Source: Felis catus (lineage: Eukaryota). From it: a DNA stretch of 64,000 nucleotides. Both the position numbers and the translations under genes were made by a program. Below the pieces are notes generated by a model. It was not told the DNA's origin. It searched no databases and saw only the letters and a program-made list of their open reading frames with translations. The stretch is from positions 194,000,001 to 194,064,000 of the forward strand of contig NC_058368.1 in assembly GCF_018350175.1 (NCBI RefSeq). Reading direction: 5' to 3'. Below are positions 40,049 to 52,638 of this stretch, piece after piece (the first letter of the stretch is position 1; each line of letters opens with the position of its first letter).

Positions 40049-43000
40049 TCAGGATCCACATAAGAGTGAAACCATATGGTATCTGTCTTTCTCTGTATGG
40101 CTTATTTCACTTAGCATCACACTCTCCAGTTCCATCCATGTTGCTACAAAGGGCCATATTTCATTCTTTCTCATTGCCACGTAGTACTCTATTGTGTATA
40201 TAAACCACAATTGTTTTATCCATTCATCAGTTGATGGACATTTAGGCTCTTTCCATAATTTGGCTATTGTTGAGAGTGCTGCTATAAACATTGGGGTACA
40301 AGTGCCCCTATGCATCAGTACTCCTGTATCCCTTGGATAAATTCCTAGCAGTGCTATTGCTGGGTCATAGGGTAGGTCTATTTTTAATTTTTTGAGGAAC
40401 TTCCACACTGTTTTCCAGAGTGGCTGCACCAATTTGCATTCCCACCAACAGTGCAAGGGGTTCCCATTTCTCCACATCCTCTCCAGCATCTATAGTCTCC
40501 TGATTTGTTCATTTTGGCCACTCTGACTGGCGTGAGGTGATATCTGAGTGTGGTTTTGATTTGTATTTCCCTGATGAGGGGCGACGTTGAGCATATTCTC
40601 ATGTGCCTGTTGGCCATCCGGATGTCTTCTTTAGAGAAGTGTCTATTCATGTTTTCTGCCCATTTCTTCACTGGGTTATTTGTTTTTCAGGTGTGGAGTT
40701 TGGTGAGCTCTTTATAGATTTTGAATACTAGCCCTTTTTCTGATATGTCATTTGTAAATATCTTTTCCCATTCCGTTGGTTGCCTTTTAGTTTTGTTGGT
40801 TGTTTCCTTTGCTGTGCAGAAGCTTTTTATCTTCATTAGTTCCCAGTAGTCCATTTTTGCTTTTAATTCCCTTGCCTCTGGGGATGTGTCAAGTAAGAAA
40901 TTGCTACGGCTGAGGTCAGAGAGGTCTTTTCCTGCTTTCTCCTCTAAGATTTTGATGGTTTCCTGTCTCACATTTAGGTCCTTTATCCACTTTGAGTTTA
41001 TTTTTGTGAATGGTGTGAGAAAGTGGTCTAGTTTTAATCTTCTGCATGTTGGTGTCCAGTTCTCCCAGCACCATTTGTTAAAGACACTGTCTTTTTTCCA
41101 TTGGATATTCTTTCCTGCTTTGTCAAAGATGAGTTGGCCATACGTTTGTGGGTCTAGTTCTGGGGTTTCTATTCTATTCCATTGGTCTGTGTGTCTGTTT
41201 TTGTGCCAATACCATGCTGTCTTGATGATGACAGCTTTGTAGTAGAGGCTAAAGTCTGGGATTGTGATGCCTCCTGCTTTGGTCTTCTTCTTCAAAATTC
41301 CTTTGACTATTCGAGGCCTTTTGTGGTTCCATATGAATTTTAGGATTACTTGTTCTAGTTTCGAGAAGAATGCTGGTGCAATTTTGATTGGGATTGCATT
41401 GAATGTGTAGATAGCTTGGGGTAGTATTGACATTTTGACAATATTTATTCTTCCAATCCATGAGCATGGAATGTTTTTCCATTTCGTTATATCTTCTTCA
41501 ATTTCCTTCATAAGCTTCCTATAGTTTTCAGCATACAGATCTTTTACATCTTTGGTTAGATTTATTCCTAGGTATTTTATGCTTCTTGGTGCAATTGTGA
41601 AAGGGATCAGTTTCTTTATTTGTCTTTCTGTTGCTTCATTATTCATGTATAAGAATGCAACTGATTTCTGTACATTGATTTTGTATCCTGCAACTTTGCT
41701 AAATTCATGTATCAGTTCTAGCAGACTTGTGGTGGAGTCTATCAGATTTTCCATGTATAGTATCATGTCATCTGCAAAAAGTGAAAGCTTAACTTCATCT
41801 TTGCCAATTTTGATGCCTTTGATTTCCTTTTGTTGTCTGATTGCTGATGCTAGAACATCCAACACTATGTTAAACAACAGTGGTGGGAGTGGGCATCCCT
41901 GGCGTGTTTCTGATCTCAGGGGGAAAGCTCTCAGTTTTTCCCCATTGAGGATGATGTTAGCTGTGGGCTTTTCATAAATGGCTTTTATGATCTTTAAGTA
42001 TGTTCCTTCTATCCTGACTTTCTCGAGGGTTTTTATTAAGAAAGGGTGCTGAATTTTGTCAAAGGCTTTTTCTGCATCGATTGACAGGATCATATGGTTC
42101 TTATCTTTTCTTTTATTAATGTGATGTACCACGTTGATTGATTTGTGAATGTTGAACCAGCCCTGCATCCCAGGAATGAATCCCACTTGATCATGGTGAA
42201 TAATTCTTTTTATATGCCATTGAATTTGATTTGCTAGTATCTTATTGAGAATTTTTGCATCCATATTCATCAGGGATATTGGCCTGTAGTTGTCTTTTTT
42301 TACTGGGACTCTGTCTGGTTTAGGAATCAAAGTAATACTGGCTTCATAGAATGAGTCTGGAAGTTTTCCTTCCCTTTCTATTTCTTGGAATAGCTTGAGA
42401 AGGATAGCTATTATCTCTGATTTAAACATCTGGTAGAACTCCCCTGGGAAGCCATCTGGTCCTGGACTCTTATTTGTTGGGAGATTTTTGATGACTGATT
42501 CAATTTCTTCGCTGGTTATGGGTCTGTTCAAGCTTTCTATTTCCTCCTGATTGAGTTTTGGAAGAGTGTGGGTGTTCAGAAATTTGTCCATTTCTTCCAG
42601 GTTGTCCAATTTGTTGGCATATAATTTTTCATAGTATTCCCTGATAATTGCTTGTATCTCTGTGGGATTGGTTGTAATAATTCCATTTTCATTCATGATT
42701 TTATCTATTTGGGTCATCTCCCTTTTCTTTTTGAGAAGCCTGGCTACAGGTTTGTCAATTTTGTTTATTTTTTCAAAAAACCAACTCTTGGTTTCGTTGA
42801 CCTGCTCTACAGTTTTTTTAGATTCTATATTGTGTATTTCTGCTCTGATCTTTATTATTTCTCTTCTTCTGCTGGATTTAGGCGTCTTTGCTGTTCTGCT
42901 TCTAGTTCCTTTAGGTGTGCTGTTAGATTTTGTATTTGGGATGTTTCTTGTTTCTTGAGATAGGCCTGGGTTGCAATGTATTTTCCTCTCAGGACTGCCT

Positions 43001-43868
43001 TCGCAGCATCCCAAAGCATTTGGATTGTTGTATTTTCATTTTTGTTTGTTTCCATATATTTTTTAATTTCTTCTCTAATTGCCTGGTTGACCCACTCATT
43101 CTTTAGTAGGGTGTTCTTTAAACTCCATGCTTTTGGAAGTTTTCCAGACTTTTTCCTGTGGTTGACTTCAAGCTTCATAGCATTGAGGTCTGAAAGTATG
43201 CGTGGTATAATTTCAGTTCTTGTATACTAATGAAGGGCTGCTTTGTGACCCAGTATATGATCTATCTTGGAGAATGTTCCATGTGCACCCTAGAAGAAAG
43301 TATATTCTGCTTTGGGATGCAGAATTCTAAATATATCTGTCAAGTCCATCTGATCCAATGTCTCATTCAGGGCCCTTGTTTCTTTACTGACCGTGTGTCT
43401 AGATGATCTATCCATTTCTGTAAGTGGAGTGTTAAAGTCCCCTGCAATTACCACATTCTTATCAATAAGGTTGCTTATGTTTATGAGTAATTGTTTTATA
43501 TATTCGGGGGCTCCCGTACTCGGTGCATAGACATTTATAACTGTTAGCTCTTCCTGATGGATAGACCGTGTAATTATTATATAATGCCCTTCTTCATCTC
43601 TTGTTACAGCCTTTAATTTAAAGTGTAGTTTGTCTGATATAAGTATGGCTACTCCAGCTCTCTTTTGGCTTCCAGTAGCATGATAAATAGTTCTCCATCC
43701 CCTCACTCTCAATCTGAAGGTGTCCTCAGGTCTAAAATGAGTCTCTTGTAGACAGCAAATAGATGGGTCTTGTTTTTTTATCCATTCTGATACCCTATGT
43801 CTTTTGGTTGGCGCATTTAATCCATTTACATTCAGTGTTATTATAGAAAGATACGGGCTTAGAGTCAT
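40049..43868 (-). pseudogene. L1 ORF2 (APE endonuclease + reverse transcriptase + Cys-rich domain), disrupted
   Basis: MTLSPYLSIITLNVNGLN start at 43868. EN motifs CCLQETH, GDFNTPL. RT motifs [29 protein letters not shown]-terminal [13 protein letters not shown]. Stops at 43290, about 43228 and 40687; frameshifts at about 42880 and 40455. Confidence 0.97.
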
Positions 43869-43918
43869 TGTGATGTCTGTATGTTTCATGCTTGTAGCGA
43901 TGTCTCTGGTACTTTGTC

Positions 43919-44812
43919 TCACAGGATCCCCCTTAGGATCTCTTGTAGGGCTGGCTTAGTGGTGACGAATTCCTTCAGGTTTTGTTTGTTTGGGAAGAGC
44001 TTTATCTCTCCTTCTATTCTAAATGAGAGACTTGCTGGATAAAGGATTCTCGGCTGCATATTTTTTTTGTTCATCACGTTGAAGATCTCCTGCCAATCCT
44101 TTCTGGCCTGCCAAGTTTCAGAAGAGAGATCAGTCACGAGTCTTATAGGTCTCCCTTTATATGTTAGGGCTCGTTTATCCCTTGCTGCTTTCAGAATTTT
44201 CTCTTTAACCTTGTATTTTGCCAGTTTCACTATGATATGTCATGCAGAAGATCGATCCAAGTTCCATCTGAAGGGAGTTCTCTGTGCCTCTTGGATTTCA
44301 ATGCCTTTTTCTTTCCCCAGTTCAGGGAAGTTCTCAGCTATTATTTCTTCAAGTACACCTTCAGCACCTTTCCCTCTCTCTTCCTCCTCTGGGATACCAA
44401 TTATGTGTATATTATTTCTTTTTAGTGTATCACTTAGTTCTCTAATTTTCCCCTCATACTCCTGGATTTTTTTATCTCTCTTTTTCTCAGCTTCCTCTTT
44501 TTCCATAATTTTATCTTATAGTTCACCTATTCTCTCCTCTGCCTCTTCAATCCGAGCTGTGGTCATTTCCATTTTATTTTGCATCTCATGTAAAGCGTTT
44601 TTCAGCTCCTCCTGACTGTTCCTTAGTCCCTTGATCTCTGTAGCAAGAGATTCTCTTCTGTCCTCTATACTGTTTTCAAGCCCAACGATTAATTTTATGA
44701 CTATTATTTTAAATTCACTTTCTGTTATATTATTTAAATCCTTTTTGATCAGTTCATTAGCTGTTGTTATTTCCTAGAGATTCTTTTGAGCGGAATTCTT
44801 CCATGTGGTCAT
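43919..44812 (-). pseudogene. L1 ORF1 (coiled-coil/RRM/CTD RNA chaperone), single frame of 297 codons with three premature stops
   Basis: ATG at 44812 (MTTWKNSAQKNL*). In-frame stops at 44774-44776 (TAG), 44516-44518 (TAA) and 44240-44242 (TGA). Motifs NIHIIGIPEEEE, ENFPEL, KEKILKAAR, IRLVTDLSSET, YPASLSF in ORF track 44240..44506 and 43919..44230. Confidence 0.95.
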
Positions 44813-45736
44813 TTTGGATAGTCCCCGGAGTGGTGTGGACCTTCAGGGCTTTCCCCTGTGCTGTGGTGTATAACTGGAGTTGGTGGGCAGGGCCGCAGTC
44901 AGACCTGATGTCTGCCCCCAGCCCACCACTGGGGCCACAGTCAGACTGGTGTGTGCCTTCTCTTCCCCTCTCCTAGGGGCAGGATTCACTGTGGGGTGGT
45001 GTGACCCATCTGGGCTACTTGCACACTGCCAGGCTTGTGGTGCTGGGGATCTGGCGTATTAGCTGGGGTGGGTAGGCAAGGTGCACGGGGGCAGGAGGGG
45101 CAGGCTTAGCTCGCTTCTCATGCGGTGATCCACTTCAGGAGGGGCCCTGTGGCAGCGGGAGGGAGTCAAACCTGCTGCCGGAGGGGTGGCTCCGCAGAAG
45201 CACAGCGTTGGGTGTTTGTGCAGAGCAAGTTCCCCAGCAAGAACTGGTTCCCTTTGGAATTTTGGCTGGAGGATGGTGGAGGGAGATGGCGCTGGCGAGC
45301 GCCTTTGTTCCCCACCAAACAGAGCTCTCTCCATCCCAGGGCTCAGCAACTCTCCCTCCCGTTGTACTCCAGCCTTCCCGCTCTCCGAGCAGAGATGTTA
45401 ACTTATGACCTCCCAGATACTAAGTCCCGCTTGCTGTCAGAACACACTCCGTCTGGCCCCTCCACTTTTGCAAGCCAGACTTGGGGGCTCTGCTCTCTCG
45501 GTGGGCTGCCCCTCCACCCCGGCTCCCTCCTGCCAGATGTGGAGCGTGCACCGCCTCTCCGCCCTTTCTACCCTCTTCCGTGGGCCTCTCGTCTGCGCTT
45601 GGTTCTGGAGACTCCATTCTGCTAGACTTCTGGCGGTTTTCTGGGCTATTTAGGCAGGTGTAGGTGGAATCTAAGTGATCAGCAGGACGCGCGGTGAGCC
45701 CAGCGTCCTCCTATGCCGCCATCTTCCCTAGAATCC
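44813..45736 (-). promoter_or_regulatory. L1 5'UTR internal Pol II promoter with YY1 site
   Basis: GC/CpG-enriched segment upstream of ORF1. AAGATGGCGGC (plus strand gccgccatctt, 45715-45725) lies about 12 nt from the element 5' end, the usual position of the L1 YY1 site. Confidence 0.8.
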
Positions 45737-45754
45737 CCGTCATGTTGCCTTTTT

Positions 45755-46830
45755 AACAGCACTTCATACATAAGTGCATATTTCCTAAGAACAAGAATAT
45801 TTTCTTACATGTATCCACAGCGTAATTAGTGAAATCAGGGCATTTAATGTTTACTTAATGCTAATATTTAAGCTATACTTTATCCTCATATTTTGCCATT
45901 AGCCTAATACTGTCCTTGATAAGTGTGAGTCTCCCACCCTCCTCTCATTTAATAACCAATCCAGGGACACCCACTACATTTACTTGTCAGATATCTTTGG
46001 TCTCATTTAATTTAGAATAGCTCTCAGCTTTTCTTGACATTTTGGGAGAGTACAAATTAATAGAATGGCTCACATTTTGGTTTTGTCTGATGTTGTCTTA
46101 TGATTAGATTCACATTTTGCATTTTTTGGCAAGAATAGCACATAAGCAGTACTGTGTCCTTCGCAGAACATCACATCCAGTGGCACAAAATGTCATTTTA
46201 TTGGTGATCTTAACTGGGATCACTTGGTTAAGGTGGTGTCAGCCAGACCTGCCAATGGTACAGTTAGTATTTTTTACCTATTGTAAAAATATAATATGGT
46301 AAAATTTATAATAAGTATTTTATGAGGAGATACTGTGAGACTACCCATATCCAGTTTCCTTATAAAACTTTGACCCACTGATTTTAGCATCCCTTTTTGA
46401 TTTTTGCCTGAATCAAGTATCAGAGTGGTCATCGAAAATGCTGATCTTCTCTAATTCTATCTTCTAAATATATTAATTGGCATTCTATTATAAAAAAGAG
46501 AATTTCCCTTTTCCTCCATTGTTTGTTTATTCTCATTATATAATCATGGATTCTTAATTTAGGCAAGAGGTTATCAACTATTACTGTCCTTTATTTTGAG
46601 GCTCAAATTAGCCAGTGAGGGGCCCTTCAAGTCATCCTCTGTGACTTCTGGCATGCCTTCATCATTTTCTTTTAACCTTTTCTTTTGGCAGAAGATATTC
46701 TAGAATCATCTTACGTTCCCCTGCCATGGCCATTGAATCAGTTATTTCTGATTCTTGTAATTGAGCAGATATTTTTTTTATGTCTGGAGTCTAAGCAATG
46801 GGATACCTTGTAGTTTTTATAACAACATAG
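45755..46830 (-). mobile_element. Ancient L1MC4/5-like 3' fragment, continuing from about 39700-39802 and split by the full-length L1
   Basis: aaaccatttgaaaataagttg...[L1]...acttcatacataagtgcatatttcctaagaacaagaatattttcttacat matches remembered L1MC 3' consensus text. Confidence 0.7.
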
Positions 46831-46940
46831 GCAGGCTTTCAAGTGGGTAGGTAAAGCCTATTTGTGTTTGACATCAATGATACTTGCTCCAGAGTGATAA
46901 TTAATTAGAGGTGATATAATTCTTGAGACTGAGACCAGTC

Positions 46941-46973
46941 TGGATGGATGGATGGATGGATGGATGGATGGAT
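46941..46973. repeat. (TGGA)n microsatellite
   Basis: Read directly from the sequence. Confidence 0.95.
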
Positions 46974-47399
46974 ATATAGATAAAACCAACAGTTCAGATA
47001 ATTTCATGACTCATCCATGGTTAATTATCATTGTGATAAGACTCACTTGAAATATCCATGAATAAGATGAGGAAGGCCTCTAAAGCAATAGGTTTAGTGC
47101 AAAAGACACTGGACTGGCTGTCACATTTTTGGGTTCAGGACTTATTTCCACTGCCTGTTTGTCCCTGTGATCTCTTGAGTTCCAGGCTCATTATAAAAGG
47201 AGATACTTTTGTTTTGCATCTTTCAATAAATTCTTAGAGTGATCAAACACAATAGTAAATTAGGAAGTGTTTCTTCATATGCAAATGTTTCAATGTAAAG
47301 TATAATTATTACAATTAATTCACTGATTGCATAAATTAGAAGGGTAGAATACCTTCTTCAATCTTCACCAGATCTTTAATTTTATTGCCAGAGTAATTT

Positions 47400-47735
47400 A
47401 TTATTTCAACCAATATTAATTAGGCATTGGTACCAGACACAGAGTATAAAAGTGAGGAGGAAAAAAAAAAAGATTCTAGAACTCATGTTTCTTGCAATCT
47501 CATAAAGGGAGATAAACATTAATTCAGTAGATACAAATGCAAATGTACAATGTGATACTTTCTGAAAGAAAAGAGGTAAATGTTGCTAGAGGTAAATGAT
47601 GCTAAAAGCAAATGTAGAAAAGAGAAATTCAATCAGGAATGACAAGGAACAGATTGTTTTAAGGAGAGGTACACATTAATCTAAGAGCTGAAAGAATATT
47701 AAAAATGAACTATGTAAGTAAGTGTATATATCCAT
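47400..47735 (-). mobile_element. L2 fragment, resuming at about 53407-53510 after the Blackjack element
   Basis: L2-like purine-rich text on both sides of the hAT element (ctaagagctgaaagaata ... gcagcatgtacaaaggc). Confidence 0.5.
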
Positions 47736-48699
47736 AAAGTAGAATTAACCACACATCTTGGTTTGCTTGGAGAATTCATGGTTTATACCATCTGGTATAG
47801 TATTTAATTAGATTTTTCTTTTTCCAACTTCAGTGAGATATAATCAAAGTTAAATAAACATATACAAAGTATTTAATATGATGAGTTTTGAAACATGTAC
47901 ATTTGTGAAACTATTACCACAACCAAGATTATGAATATATCTATCTCCCCAGGAGTTTTCCTGGGCACTTTCACAACCTCACTCTTTCTCACCTACCACC
48001 CATTCTCATCCTGTCCCCAGGCAACCATTGATCTGCTTTCCATCACTATAAGTTTATTTGCATTTTTAGGAAATTTATATGTAAGAATCACAGTGTGTAT
48101 ACTCTCTTCGTGGTATAGGGTAGTCTAGCTTCTTTTACTCAGCATGATAATTTGAGTTTCATTCATGTCGCATATATCATTTTTTTTGATCAGTAGAATT
48201 CTATTGTATGGAGACATTGTAATGTATTTATCCATTTTTTATTCATTATTTATCCATAGATAAACTTTTGACTTGTTTACAGTTTGGGGCTGTAACAATA
48301 ACAACAAAAAGCTGTTATGAACATTTGTGTACAAGTCTTTGCATAAATGTATATTTTCATTCCTCTTGGGAAAATATGTAGGAGTGGAATGATTGTGTTG
48401 TATGGTAGTATATGTTAAGAAAATGCCAAACTTTTCCAAAGTAGTTGTACCATTTTACCATCTAACCTATAATTTTTAAGAGTTCCCATTCTTCCTTTTC
48501 TTTGCCAACAGTTTGTAGGCCAGTTTTTTTTTTTTTTAATTACAGCCATTCTAGTGGGTGTGTAGTAGTATCTTATTGTTTTAATTTGCATTTTCTTAAT
48601 GACAAACGAAGGTAAGCATCTTTTCATGTGCTTATTTGGTATCTCTGTAACTCTTTTTGGTGAAATGTTTGCTTAAATTTTGACCAGTATTATATTTCT

Positions 48700-48701
<2 letters not shown>

Positions 48702-48743
<42 letters not shown>
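48702..48743. repeat. (GT)n microsatellite
   Basis: Read directly from the sequence. Confidence 0.95.
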
Positions 48744-48747
<4 letters not shown>

Positions 48748-48816
48748 ACATACACAAGGTACAAGTTTTTTTGCCGGGTTTTTTTTTCCCCAGGATGTGG
48801 ATTGCCTTTTCATTTT

Positions 48817-49046
48817 CTTTTTTTTTTTTCCTTTTTTTTCTTTTTTTAATGTTTATTTTTGAGAGAGAGAAAGACAGAGAACTAGAAGAGGAGGGGCATA
48901 GAGAGAGGGAGACACAGAATCTGAAGCAGGCTCTAGGCTCTGAGCTGTCAGCACAGAGCCCGATGTGGGGCTTGAACTCACAAACCATGAGACTATGATG
49001 TGAATTGAAGTTGGTCGCTTAACTGACTGAGCCACCCAGGAGCCCC
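48817..49046 (-). mobile_element. Carnivore SINE (felid type)
   Basis: TSD tgccttttcatttt / tgtcttttcatttt. Confidence 0.95.
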
Positions 49047-49555
49047 TGTCTTTTCATTTTAATAGTGTCTTTTGAAAAGCAAAAGGCTTAAGTTTTGATC
49101 AAGTTTAACTTACTGATTTATTTTTTTATAGTTTGTGCTGCTTATGTCTTATTTAAAAAATCCTCTCCATACCCAAGGTCAAGGACAAAGATTTTATCCT
49201 TTTTTTCCTTCTGGATATTTTATGCTATTAGCACTTACTTGAGGTCTATGATCACTTTATGTTAGTTTTTTTGCATATGGTGTAAGGTATGGGATTGAGG
49301 TTTCTTTTTTGTTTTGTTTTGCAAGTGGCCATCCAATTGTTACAACACCACTTATTGAAAATATCCTTTCCCCGTTGAGTTGCCTAGACACCTAGGTTGA
49401 AAAGTCAATTAAAAAATAATGTGTGTGGGTCTATTTCTAGACTAAAAAGTTGGTAGTTGTTTTATGAATTTGCCCAACATGACGATTCAGCACCTGTAGC
49501 TGCAAAAGGTATATTTACAGAGCACTCTGAGAAACATAACTTTTCATTTATATAA

Positions 49556-49692
49556 CTAGTTCACATGCACATGCATCAGAATCGACTGTGGGGCTTGCTA
49601 AATCTCAGATGGCTGAGGTCCAACTCTAAAGTTTCTGCTTTAGCAGGTCTGGGTTGGAATCAAAGACTAGAATTTTTAACAAATTTCTAATC
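49556..49692. mobile_element. MER5A-like hAT-Charlie MITE fragment
   Basis: gcatcagaatc...gggcttgctaaa...gtttctgctttagcaggtctggg...ttttaacaaattt resembles the MER5A core. Confidence 0.65.
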
Positions 49693-50291
49693 AAAAATTA
49701 AATGAATGTTCTAAATTTAATTTTGCTCATTCTCATTTCTAAGTTTTTCAGTGACTATACAGCAAATAAAACAATAGCTGATAATATATCATCTTCATTA
49801 GCAGAGAAAAGACTTTGCTAAAGACTGCAGCTAATGATGGCTGTTTTACATCATTATCATCAGATGCTTCTAATATAAAACCAATTCATTCTGATCATGA
49901 TCCGATTTGCTATCTAATTCATAGAATCAAAGTAAACGTTGTAAACTTCATCTGTCAGTAGTGAAATGTGACATTATTTTGATTATTAATGTAAATTCAA
50001 TTTAAAAAACTCACCTTTTAAAGTATTTTTGTGGTAGTAATAAGTACATTTTAGTGGGCCATGACATTATATTCTTACTAAATCAAGTATTCTTACTAAA
50101 TTACATATATGCAATTGAAATATTCTTAGCATTATTTGTGAGACATCACATTTATAACTGCCCTCAAACAACATGCAGTTTTTCACCAATCAAAATAGAC
50201 ACAGCAGTTGCCAAAATATACAAGCATTTTTATGCATGCAGAGTTAAGCGTAATTAAAACATTTGTTTGACAGAGGTGATATTGAATATAT

Positions 50292-50728
50292 TTATTTATT
50301 TTTTAAAGTAAATTTATTTACAGTAAAACCTTGGAAGATGAGTAACTTGTTCTCTGAAAACATTTCTAATAAATTTTAAGTTGATAAATGGGCAATGTCT
50401 TGCAATACAAGTAGTAAATGACGCTGAATATCACATGATCACAACTGAGCCAATGATTTTTGAAGTTCACTTTGATATACAAGTGCTTTGGATCACAAGC
50501 ATGTTTCCAGAACAAATTATGTTCACAAACCATGGTTTTACTGTATTTGGGGAGAGAGAGACAATGTAAGCAAGGGAGGGGCAGAGAGAGAGGGAGAGAA
50601 TCCCAAGCAGGCTCAGAACTGCCAGCACAGAGCCTGAGGTAGGGCTTGAACTCATGAAACTGTGAGATCATAACCTGTACTGAAACCAAGAGTCAGACAC
50701 TTAACTGACTGAACCACCCAGGTGCCCG
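50292..50728 (-). mobile_element. Carnivore SINE interrupted by the MITE
   Basis: 14-bp TSD gatattgaatatat (50278-50291, 50729-50742). tRNA-like head, (GA)n tract and A-rich tail on minus. Confidence 0.93.
50321..50543. mobile_element. Tc1/mariner (Tigger/pogo-type) non-autonomous MITE, 223 bp
   Basis: TA TSDs at 50319-50320 and 50544-50545. Terminal inverted repeats CAGTAAAACCTTGG ... CCATGGTTTTACTG (13/14 match). Interrupts a SINE tail. Confidence 0.9.
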
Positions 50729-50987
50729 GATATTGAATATATGAACAACAACAACAGCAAAATAGTTCAGCGTGGCAGTACTCACTTTGTCTTTTGGTTG
50801 CCCAGATTGAGTTGCATTTCAGAAAATTTTGAGTTTTTTTAATTAAAGGCACCGGAGTTATCTGAAAATATTGTTGATCTTTTAAAATAATCCTTTCAGT
50901 TTTGATTGCGTTTTCTTCATATTCAGGAAGTATAAGAAATATAAGAAATCTTTATTCAGATATTCAAATAGTGGAACACAAATCAAC

Positions 50988-50989
50988 TT

Positions 50990-51036
<47 letters not shown>

Positions 51037-51040
51037 TTTT
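50988..51040. repeat. (TTTA)n microsatellite
   Basis: Read directly from the sequence. Confidence 0.95.
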
Positions 51041-51223
51041 ACAACTCTTAATGTTGATTTGTTTGTTTTCTGGCCTAAGTATTACATACATTGCCTAAAA
51101 TAAAATACTTTGGGGGAATATTATTAACTTTTTTACAGGATTTTCCAACATGGTGCTGTACAGCTACCATGTAACTCCTACCACCAAAGAACTTTGTTGT
51201 TAAGACCCTTTTTGGAAATTATT

Positions 51224-51436
51224 ATTTTTTTTAACGTTTTTATTTTATTTTTGAGACGGAGAGAGACAGAACATGAATGGGAGAGGGTCAGAGAGAGGGA
51301 GACACAGAATCCGAAACAGGCTCCAGGCTCTGAGCTGTCAGCACAGAACCCGATGCGGGGCTCGAACTCACGGACCGCGAGATCATGACCTGAGCTGAAG
51401 TTGGCCGCTTAACCGACTGAGCCACCCAGGCGCCCC
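51224..51436 (-). mobile_element. Young felid SINE (CpG-rich)
   Basis: TSD ggaaattatt (51214-51223, 51437-51446). Retains many CpGs. Confidence 0.96.
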
Positions 51437-51446
51437 GGAAATTATT

Positions 51447-52020
51447 TTAATGTGGTATTTGCATACATTGAAATTCACTCTCTTTGGTGTACTGTTCATT
51501 TTTATAAGCTTCTATTCATTTTGAGAAGCTTCTTCAACCACGAAACCACTACTGAAATCAAGGTATATATAATGGTTTTACCAAAATCTTATGCCCTTTA
51601 CAGTCAATCTGTTCTCCAGTCCCACTCCCTGTCCCTATGTTTTTGCCTTCTCCAGAATGTAATGGGAATTGAATTGTATAATAGTGACCTTATTAATCTA
51701 GATTTTTTCACTTAGGGCAATGCATTTGATATCCATCTATGTAACAGTGTGTACCCATAGTTCATTCCTTTATATATTGCTAAGTAGTACTCCATGATAT
51801 GGACATACCACAGTGGCTTTATCCACTAACAATTTGGAGGACATTTGTATTGTATTCAGCTTTTGGCAATAGTGAATAAACATCCAGGTACAGGTTTTTG
51901 TGTGTATATAATTTTTTATTTCTCTTCAGTAAATATCTAGGAATTACTGAATTGTTTAGTAAGCAAGTTGTTTAACCATGCAAGAAACTACCAAACTATT
52001 TTTTTAGAATGGCTGCACCA
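51447..52020 (-). mobile_element. Old L1 3' fragment (L1MB/MC-like)
   Basis: Typical L1 3'UTR antisense text (tagttcattcctt...gtagtactccatgatatggacataccacag...ggacatttg...ctaccaaact...ggctgcacca). Confidence 0.75.
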
Positions 52021-52638
52021 ACACATCACTGTTTATAAAGTTCTTAGTGAATTTCAGTTATTTAAACAAAGCTTGCAAACTGAAAGATAATGAAAACTTT
52101 ATAAAACGGTGGTGGGGGGGGATCCAGTCATATCTGACAGTATGCCAGATTTAAACTGTGGTTGTGATTTGATCTTGATTTGTGGGGAAAATATTTTGAT
52201 GAAGCTCCTATTTTGAATTGGTGAGATTTTTATTCTCTACTGTAATAGAATGAAACTGAAATGATACATTATTTGCTTTATCAAGAAAATAATCATAGAA
52301 GTTATTTGAAAGAGTTTTGCCCTATAAAAGTATGTGATGAAGAAACAAACTATAAAGTGAAACTTAAAAAGGGGCAGAAATATTTGGGTACTGGAGACTA
52401 TTTTTTATTTAGCATAATGGAGAGCTGACAAGCATATGCCACATTTAGAAAGACTTTTGATAATTTTTTTAAAAAATATGTTTTATAGAGTCAATTCAAA
52501 GGTTTCAAAAATTTCAAAATTTTAACATAAAATGTCACTTTGAAGATGCTTACATGTAATTTTATTAAAAAACATTAACAATAACAAAAGCATATTGGGA
52601 AAGAATACATACTCAAAAAATACCAATGACACATTTTT

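Larger units (their letters stand above)
39821..45736 (-). mobile_element. Full-length LINE-1 (felid L1-like), retrotransposition-defective
   Basis: Perfect 18-bp TSD ccgtcatgttgccttttt at 39803-39820 and 45737-45754, followed by AA (TTTTT/AA endonuclease site). Poly(A)/AATAAA at 39821-39848 on minus. GC-rich 5'UTR 44813-45736. ORF1 and ORF2 remnants in order. Confidence 0.98.
47815..49442 (-). mobile_element. Old L1 (L1MB/MC-like) 3' fragment nested in the Blackjack element
   Basis: L1 3'UTR-like text plus decayed ORF2 C-terminus (MQIKTIRYYYTPTRMA, MVQLLWKSLA in ORF 48415..48627). Interrupted by (TG)n and a SINE. Confidence 0.85.
49740..52630 (+). pseudogene. Decayed hAT-family transposase remnants (pieces at about 49740-50277, 50743-50985, 52020-52630)
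   Basis: SLSSDASN (49851-49874, first catalytic Asp region). FCG-x-N at about 50027. RHHIYNCPQTTC..IKIDTAVAKIYKHFY (CxxH region, ORF 50054..50257). KIVQRGSTHF (about 50760). DLWGKYFDEAPILNW (52177-52221). IKCHFED near 52530. Many stops and frameshifts. Confidence 0.65.

Noticed and set aside
40886..44615. Several + strand ORFs of 84-182 aa
   Set aside because: Antisense shadows of L1 ORF1 and ORF2.
45125..45625. 166-aa antisense ORF in the L1 5'UTR (possible ORF0 analogue)
   Set aside because: Starts at a non-ATG codon, and GC-rich DNA yields long ORFs in several frames here. There is no evidence of conservation.
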